Shown: positions 55,326 through 64,000 of the stretch, in pieces | How positions within the stretch are numbered: position 1 is the first letter of the stretch | How the letters are laid out: each line of letters starts with the position of its first letter | Assembly (NCBI RefSeq): GCF_009914755.1 | Contig: NC_060933.1 | Strand: one strand, 5' to 3' | From: the human T2T-CHM13v2.0 reference genome, Homo sapiens | Length of the DNA: 64,000 nt | Translations under genes and position numbers: made by a program | Notes under the pieces: model-generated | What the model was told of the DNA's origin: nothing | Databases searched by the model: none | Seen by the model: the letters and a program-made list of their open reading frames with translations, nothing else

Positions 55326-55527
55326 TATTTCAATAACTTGTATTTCACCAATTCAACTGTAAGTTCTGATACTACTAAACCACTCCCCCTATAGCTGCAT
55401 TATGAAATGTTTGATAGGTGCTTAGGAAGTGAGAATCCTAATGACAACATCTGCAATTGTTACTTACCAAAGGGTGAGCATTATGCTAATAGTTACAGTA
55501 AATTAAAGCCAAACATTGAAAAAAAAA

Positions 55528-55635
55528 GATTGACTATGTAATTCATCATCCAAATCTTGATGTTTTTGAGAATAAAAGGAGCTGCATTAATGATTATACT
55601 AGTAGAACAGGCTTAAACTGAGAATGTCTTGGGCA
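55528..55635. mobile_element. MER94/MER81-like hAT-Blackjack DNA transposon relic
   Basis: 'taattcatcatccaaatc..ga..tttttgagaataaaagg..ctgcattaatgattat...aacaggcttaaactgagaatgtcttgggca' resembles the MER94 consensus as I recall it. Confidence 0.6.
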
Positions 55636-55686
55636 TATATATATATATGCTTAAACTGAGAATGTCTTGGGTATATATATATATAC
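55611..55686. repeat. Tandem duplication, 2 x about 38 bp including a (TA)n run
   Basis: gcttaaactgagaatgtcttggg+(ta)n occurs twice. Confidence 0.92.
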
Positions 55687-56614
55687 CATAAATTCATGGT
55701 ATATGAATTATGAATTCATATATGTATATAAAATAAATGTCTGCATGAGCAAGGAGAAAAATGTGTAATGATATGTACCAGGGAATAAAAATCACTTTCC
55801 AGTGTTGGATGGAATTGAAAGTAGTGGTGGAAATAAAATTATAAGCTTTTTGCTATGTTGTTTCATTGGTTATAAAACATGAATTAGCTGATTTTGAAAT
55901 TTGAAGTAACATTAAAAATTAAAAATAAAAGTGATACCAAAAATATCTCCCAACAGTCGGAAGATGTTTCACTTAGATGATGGCATTCAATTGAAAATGC
56001 TGAAATAACTATTTCCCAAGGGCACACAGTGAGTAACATACAAACCTGGGACCAAACTTTGTGTACCACACTGCCTTCTCGTTATGTTTCCCATAAGATT
56101 TCTTGGTTGACCATTATGGGAATTCATACTTCTTCATTATAGATAAGGCTCTGTCAATAATTGCAATTATCAGCATTTTGCCCTCAGGGACTTGAGATAT
56201 TAAATAAGAAGAGCATTTTTTACATCCATGACTAGAGCCATCCTTTGTGACATTCATTTCATAAATATCTAGCAACTATTGTTCTCAGTTGGAATAACCA
56301 ACAATATCCAGTATATAAAAATGAATAATAGTTTACTAGCTTTAAATTCAAAGTTTACTGAAGTTCATGAAAATATGACATTAAAGTCTATTCAAATATG
56401 TATCAAATGAGAAAATTATGCAAACTGTAATCTATTCCTAAGCTATGATTCTTATCACCCTTATTGTCAAGAGATGATTGGGACTGTATACAAATGAGAA
56501 TGTGTCATAAATTATGTGGTGAGTCAGTGAGTTGTCTCCTTCCTTTATTAAGTGTTTGGACAGTACATATAAATTTGGAGAAAAAATTTAAAACAGCATT
56601 TTTCACAATACCTT

Positions 56615-56830
56615 CTATTGAGTCATTCAAGTATTCATCAAATATTTGTTTAGTTCCCAACATGTGCTAGGCATTTTGCTAAGCACTACGCTGAAGTAGT
56701 GAATAGAATATATACTCACTTTTCTTATAGGGCTTACAAATTATTAAAACTTTAAATATTGAACAATTATCATGCCTTATGTAAAAATGTGCAATCTGCT
56801 AAAAGAGATGTGTAACCATGAGTTATGACT
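56615..56830 (-). mobile_element. L2 3' fragment
   Basis: 'ttcatcaaatatttgtttagttcccaacatgtgctaggcattttgctaagcact'. Confidence 0.7.
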
Positions 56831-59800
56831 TAGTGTGAGGAGTAAGGAAAAGTGCTTAAGTCTTCAAAATTTCCTGGAAGTTAACCAGTTAGGATTGTGA
56901 GTGTACTAGAAGAATAAAGAAGAGTAAAATTAAAGAGTATGCAAATGATCTGAAGTGATAATAGGCCTTTCATAAGAACTAAATAATTGTCAATGTAGGT
57001 GGCACTATTTTTTCTAGGAATTTTTGTATTGTAAATGCTTGGAGATAACAATTTGGTGACATGTCTCTTACATCTATGGATGATTCTTCATACTTTATTT
57101 GCATAAGAAGCACATTATTTTTAACTATAGTGTATGCTTTGGGTATCACTGGAGGATAAAGTTCCCCCAAATCGCCTCTTTGCATTGTTGCTCTGAATTA
57201 GTAGAAAAATGAGAAGAGAGTAGTGAGCAAATTTTGTGAACAAAATTTTAAAAGCTTATGAGTTGATGTAACATCTTTGGAGGATAACTAGTTAGGCACT
57301 AAACTACTTTCTTTTAATGTTAATTATGTTTCTGCACTGTTACACAATTGTGCTGTTTTTACAGTTAGTTGTCGCAGGAAAGCATCTTTCTTATTAACAA
57401 TATGAGTATGAAATTAGGACTCTGTAAAGAGGAGAAGCAACGTGAAGCAAAGAAAGACATGTGATGTCTGGCTGTCTCCCTGTTGGTGATAGTAACATTG
57501 CTTGTTGGGTTAAAGGGTAATTGTCTTATCTTTTCCACTGGAAAATTACACTTTTCCTCTAGTATCCAGCAAGCAATCTAAGCAGTGAAACTTTGTAATT
57601 ATGCAAACATACATTTCACCCAATGGTTAATCCAGAATTAAAGAAAAAAATGTGCCTTTAGATAAAAACTACAAAGGGGCCAAGCAAGATACACAAAAAT
57701 ATAGTAATTTCTTTGCATATATTAATAAAGTTCCAGATAATCAAATATAAAGAAAATATTTTTAAAAAGAAAAAGGAGGGAGTCATCAAGGTGGCTGGCT
57801 TAAGTTAACTGGCACTCGCCTCCTTTACAAAGAAGGACCATAATAGTGAGGAGATACTTAGATATTGAATAGAGCATCCAAAAGCCAGCACTGGAATTCA
57901 GCCTTTGAGGCATAGAAAGAGATGGAAGTGAAATGGTTGTTTCAGCCAGCATTGGCTCAGAACCAGCAGAAACTTCCCACTGTGGGTAAAAGGTAGGTGA
58001 AAGATCTGCATCAGTCCACATTCCCATTGGAGATTTCTGCTATACCCGCTATGGCGGAGCCCTTTGACCCTTGTGGGCCCTGAGACTTGTGTAAGGACCT
58101 GCATAGGGTCCATGCAGTGGCCCCATTCCAGAGAGGAAATTCATGCTGGGTTCCACATTTCCCCCGAGACCCAAGAAATCATGGGATGGTGTAATTTTGA
58201 GGTATCAGACCCCACAAGACTACATCCTGCCCCAGGCCCATGAACCCCTGCATCTCCATGTCCCTGAAACCCTGCTGACATCACCCCATGTCCACACAGA
58301 AGGCTGCAGCATCATCATGCTGGGCAGACTCAGTAATGTGGCCAAGGCCCTAGCATTCTAGCACACCCTGGAAAAAGGGTGGTGCAGCACACTGGAAAGT
58401 TTGCCCCCAGGTCAAAAAGAGCCAAAGAATGTGTTCCCCAGAGCCTGAGAGCCACCTGCCTTGGTCCAGTGCCAGTTATAGCACCCCACACCCCTAGCTG
58501 CAGGGCCACTGCACAACTGCGTGGGCATTTAAGGAGACTGAAAACCAGCCCTTCCCACCTACACTGCCACTGCCTCTATGCCATCTGGGAGCCTAGGGAT
58601 TGATCTACCCTGTCTGCCACCAGCTGGTGGTCGCTGACCCTATAAGGGGATGTTAAGGACAGGATATCCCCACCCAGAACCACCCTTGCAAGTGCCCATG
58701 TGCATCATCTGGGGGCCTGGGCATGGGCTTCCCTAGCCTGCTGGCAGCAACAGATGTGATCAGAGCCTGGTGACTGATCAACACATCCGCTGCAGCCTGT
58801 ACCTGCACACACCATCAGGGACCCTGGGGATGGGTCTGCTCTTCTTGGTGCCACCCCTGCCAGTGCTTATGCACATTGTCTGAGGGCTTGGGGATCAATG
58901 TTTTCCTACCTCACTGACAGCATTTGCATACTCCTCCTGTCCCCAGGCCCCTTCAGCCTGATGCCATCACTGCTGCTGGCACCAACATGCACATATCACC
59001 TGAGGGCCTGGGGACTAAATCAGCCAGTCTGCTGTGGCCACTGCCGGTGCCAGTATGTGCTGCCTGCAGGCCTGAGGGTTGACCTAACATCACAACTGCC
59101 ATCACCAATGCTGTGCACACCACCCAGAGGCACATAAACCCACCTGAAAGCCTGACCCACTGCTGCCACTGTTGGCACCCAAGAAAGCTGTCTGGAGGTT
59201 CCAAGATCAACCTGTTCAGACCAGTACCACTACTTTCTGTGTATGCCACAAGGGAGCCCAAGAATCCTCATACTTACCATGCCACCACCACCACTGGGGC
59301 CCAAGGACTGATGCAACTGATGTCCCCATTCCCAGCAAAACTTCATCACAGAATCTACAGACAACCACAGCTTAAGCCAATGAGGAACTCACAGACACCA
59401 CTGACACTGACTACAGCCTAATAAATCATACACAGACTACACTATTGCACCCACCCAGAATCAAACCCAAAGTAACCTACTCAACCAATACCATACATAC
59501 ATCTTGAGGAAAAAGTTCTCCCTAACAAAAGCAAATTCAAAAAATTAGAAGTGACTATCACACCAAATGCACAGATATCAATGTAAGAACACTAGAAACA
59601 TGAAAAAGCAAGGAAGCATGACACTTACAAAGGAACACAGCAATCCTCCATCAACAGATTCTAACACCAACAAAAATCTATGAAATTCCTTAAAAATAAC
59701 TGGAACCTGTGATATTAAATAAGTGCATGAAGATGCAAGAGAACACAGATAAACAGCACAAATAAATCAGAAAAAAACAATTCAGGATATGAATGAGAAA

Positions 59801-61466
59801 TTCAGTAAAGAGGTAGAAGAGATACACATCATTAAAAGAACCAAACTGAAATCCTGGAAATGAATAATTCAATGAGTAAAATAAAAAATACAGTAGAGAT
59901 TTTCAATGATAGAGTAGCTCAAGCAGAAGACAGAAGAAGTCAAATCTTCTGAAATATCCCAATCAGACCAGAAAAGGAAACTAAGAGAAACAAAAAATAA
60001 TTAAAAAGAATGAACAAAGCTTACATTACATATTAAACACAATAAAATGACCCAATATTCAAATTTTGGTGTGTTCCAGCATAGATAACCTGTTCAACAG
60101 AATAATAGCTGAGGAATTCACATGTCTTGCAAGAGATATAGATATCCAGTTATAGAAAGCTCAAAGATCTCCAAATATATTCAATCCAAAAAGGACTTCT
60201 CAAAGGCACAGTATAGTTGAAATGTTAAAAGTAAAAGACAAAAAGAGAATTTCAAAAACAGCAGGGGAAAAGCATCATGTCACATATAAGGGAACCCTCA
60301 CCAGAGTAACAGCATTTTTCTCAGCAGAACATTTATATGCCAGGATAAAACAAAATGATGTATCCAAAATACTGAAAGAAAAACAAACTGCTAACCAAGA
60401 ATACTATAACTAGAAATTCTATCCTTCAAAACTAATGGAGAAATAACATCTTTCTCAGACCAGCAAAAACTGAAGGAATTCATCAACACTATACCAGTCT
60501 TACAAGAAATGCTGAAGGAAGTCCTACATCTAGAAGTGAAAAGATCGTATCTCTTATCATTGAAAAAACATAAAAATTCACAAATCACTACTAATGCAGA
60601 CACCCAAAAGAGAAAGGACACAAACATTACCATTATAAAAAAAAAAAAACTGCAATGGTAAACAATAAGAGAGAAGGAAAGGAACAAAAGGATATACAGA
60701 ACAATTAACAGAATAACAAGAATAAGTCATGTGAATGAAAATGCATTAATATTAACCCTGAATGAAAATGCATTAAATTAACCACTTAAAATATAAAAAC
60801 TGGTCGAATGAATTATAAAAAGCAAAATGAATCAAACATGGCCCAGCTATGTGCTGTCTTTAAGGAACTTACTTCACCTGTAAAGAAACACAGAGACTGA
60901 AAGTGAAGGGATAGAATAAGGTATGCCACGCAACTGGAAACCAAAAGAGAACAGAAATAGCTATACTTACAGAAAAATAGACTTTAAATTAAGAGCAGTA
61001 AAAAGAGACAAAGAAGGTGACTATATAATGATAAAAAACTTAATTCAGCAAGAGGATATAACAACTCTAGATATATATGCACCCAAAACCAGAACACACA
61101 GCAAATATTACTAGATATAAGGAAAGAATAAACTCTAGTACAACAATACTTGGGGACTTACTTCAACATTCCATAGTTAGTATTGGATGAGTCTTCCAGA
61201 CAGAAAATGAACAACAAAAGATCAGATTTCAACTACACCATAAACCAAATGGACCTAACACATATTTACATAACATTTCACCAAAAGCTGTAGAATACAC
61301 ATTCTTTTCATTAGCATATAAAACATTCCTCAGGATTAACCATATGTTAATACACACAAAAAGTCTCAACAAACTTATAAAAATTGAAATTAAATAATAT
61401 GCTTCCTACTGAACTTTTAAGTTCATAATGAAATTAAAAAGGAAATCAAAAAAGTGAAGCAGATGA

Positions 61467-61767
61467 GGCTGGGTGTGGTGGCTCACGCCTGTAATCCCAG
61501 CACTTTGGGAGGCCGAGGCGGGTGGATCACAAGGTCAGGAGATTGAGACCATCCTGGCTAACAGGTGAAACCCCGTCTCTATTAAAAATACAAAAAATTA
61601 GCCGGGCGTGGTGGCGGGCGCCTGTAGTCCCAGCTACTCGGGAGGCTGAGGCAGGAGAATGGCGGAACCTGGGAGGCGGAGCTCGCAGTGAGCCGAGATC
61701 GTGCCACTGTACTCCAGCCTGGGCGACAGAGCAAGACTCCGTGTCAAAAAAATAAAAAATAAAAAAA
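61467..61767 (+). mobile_element. AluY-like SINE inserted in L1 ORF2
   Basis: CpG-rich Alu ('ggagaatggcggaacctgggaggcggagctcgcagtgagccgag') with a degenerate TSD aaaaaa(g/t)tgaa(g/a)cagatga. Confidence 0.97.
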
Positions 61768-62133
61768 TTGAAACAGATGAAAATGAAAGCACACCATATC
61801 AAAACTATTGGGTTACAGCAAAAGTAGTGGTAAGTAGAAACTTTATAGCAATAAATGCCTACATTATGAAGAAGAAATATTTCAAGTTAACAACCTCAAG
61901 GAACTAGAAATGCAAGAGCAACCCGAACCCAAAACTAGTAGAAGGAAAGAAATAAAGGTCAGAGAAGAATTTAACAAAACTGGGGCTACAATAATACACA
62001 GGATAAAAAAAAAGTTATTTTTTAAGATAAAAACCTATAAAATGCTAGCTAACCAGGAAAAAAGAAAAAGAAAAAAGGACTCAAATAAATAAAATAAGAA
62101 GTGAAAATGGAAACAATAACTGCTACTACTCTT

Positions 62134-62436
<303 letters not shown>

Positions 62437-64000
62437 ACTGCTACTACTCTTATTCAACATAATACTGGAAGTTCTAGTCAAAGCAATCAGCCAAGAGAGA
62501 TCGAAAAGTCATCCAAATTGGAAAAGAGGAAGTCAAATTGTCGCTTTTTGCAGATGACATAATTTTATCTGTAGAACCACCTAATGCTTTCTCAAAAATT
62601 TAGGGAACTGATAAATTCAGTAAAGTTACAAGATACAAAATCAATATACAAAAGTCATTACTGTTTACATATCCCAATAAGTAACCAGCTGAAAAAGAAA
62701 TCTCATTTACAGTAGCTACACAAAATACCTTGGAACAAATTTAACCACAGAGGTATAAAATGCCTGTGAGGAAAACTACAAAACACTTGTTGAAGAAATT
62801 GAAGAGAACACAAACAAATGGAAAGACATCCCATGCTTATGGGTCAAAAAAAATAATTGTTAAAATGACCACACCACCAAAACTAGTCTACAAATTCAAT
62901 GTAATTCCTTTAACAATACCATTAACATTCTCATGTATGGAATCACAAAAGTCTCCAATTAGCCAAAACAATACTGAGCAAAAAGAACAAAGCTGGAAGC
63001 ATCACACTACCTGACTTTAAATGTTAATACAAACCTATAGCAATCAAAACATCATAGTATTGGTATAAAAATAGAAAGTTTTCTAATGGAACAAAATAGA
63101 AAACTGAGAAATCACATAATTATAGGCAACCGATTTTCTAAAAAGATGCCAAGAACATATTGAGGACAGGACACTCTCTTTAATTACTGGTGCTAGGAAA
63201 CTGGATATCCATAGGCAGAGTAATAAAACTAGACCATTATCTCTCACCAAATATAAAAATCAACTCACAGTGAATTAAAGATTTAAATGGAGGACCCAAA
63301 ACTATAAAATTACTGAGAGAAAACACTCAGGACATTGGTTTAGGCAAAGATTTTATGGCTAAGACATCAAAAGCCCAGGTAACAAAAACAAAATGGCAAA
63401 TATATCTATATTAAATGAAAATGCTTCTGCACAGCAAAGGAAAGAAACAACCGAGTGAAGAGACAACCTTTTGAATGGAAGAAAAGATTTGCACATTATT
63501 TCTTGGCAAAAGACTAATTCCCAGTATATATGAGAAACTCAAACAACTCGCCAACAAAAAGACAAATAATCTCATTAAAAAGTAGGCAAAGGACCTAACT
63601 AGAAACATGTTTCAAAAAAAGACATACAAGTGGCCAAAAGGTATATAAAACATGCCGAACATCCCCAATCTTCAGGGAAATGAAAATAAAAACCACAGTC
63701 AGATATAATCTTACCCCAGTTGGAATGGCTATTATCAAAATTACAAAAAAATAAATGCTGGTGAGGATGCAGAGAAAAGGGATCTCTTGTACACTGTTGG
63801 TGGGAATCCAAATTAGCATAGCAACTATGGAAAACTATATGGAGGTTTATCAAAAAAGTAAAAATAGAACTGCCATATCATTTAGCAACATTTAGCAATT
63901 CCACTACTTGATACTTATTCAAATGAAAGGAAATCAGTATATCAAAAGGATATCTACACTCCAATATATACTGAAATACTATTTACAACAGCCAATATAT

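Noticed and set aside
60732-60785. 27-bp tandem duplication near the L1 ORF2 start
   Set aside because: Neutral slippage in a dead element; no functional implication.

Overview
This is AT-rich primate (very probably human) genomic DNA with Alu, L1, MIR, L2, MaLR, ERVL and ERV1 repeats. No protein-coding exon is supportable: the supplied ORFs are repeat-derived, GC-rich stop-poor frames or random. The centrepiece is a CpG-island promoter at about 19.9-20.75 kb. It carries two, possibly three, alternative non-coding first exons of a minus-strand gene, with splice donors after 20002, 20370 and possibly 21122. Positions 1-20001 would be the start of that gene's large first intron, and about 21.3-64 kb is upstream, repeat-rich DNA ending in a long, decayed L1 with two Alu insertions. 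The locus tentatively reminds me of the INPP4B promoter, but I cannot verify this without an alignment. I found no CRISPR, RNA gene or prokaryote-type system, and no new biological system is demonstrable from the sequence alone. The most interesting leads are all hypotheses: (1) the multi-first-exon promoter with G4, GCG and GAGC repeats; (2) an intronic antisense LTR12 promoter plus a well-formed antisense candidate exon; (3) candidate upstream minus-strand exons; (4) a 72-bp non-tandem duplication; (5) an Alu inserted at an older L1 deletion junction that forms a close inverted Alu pair.
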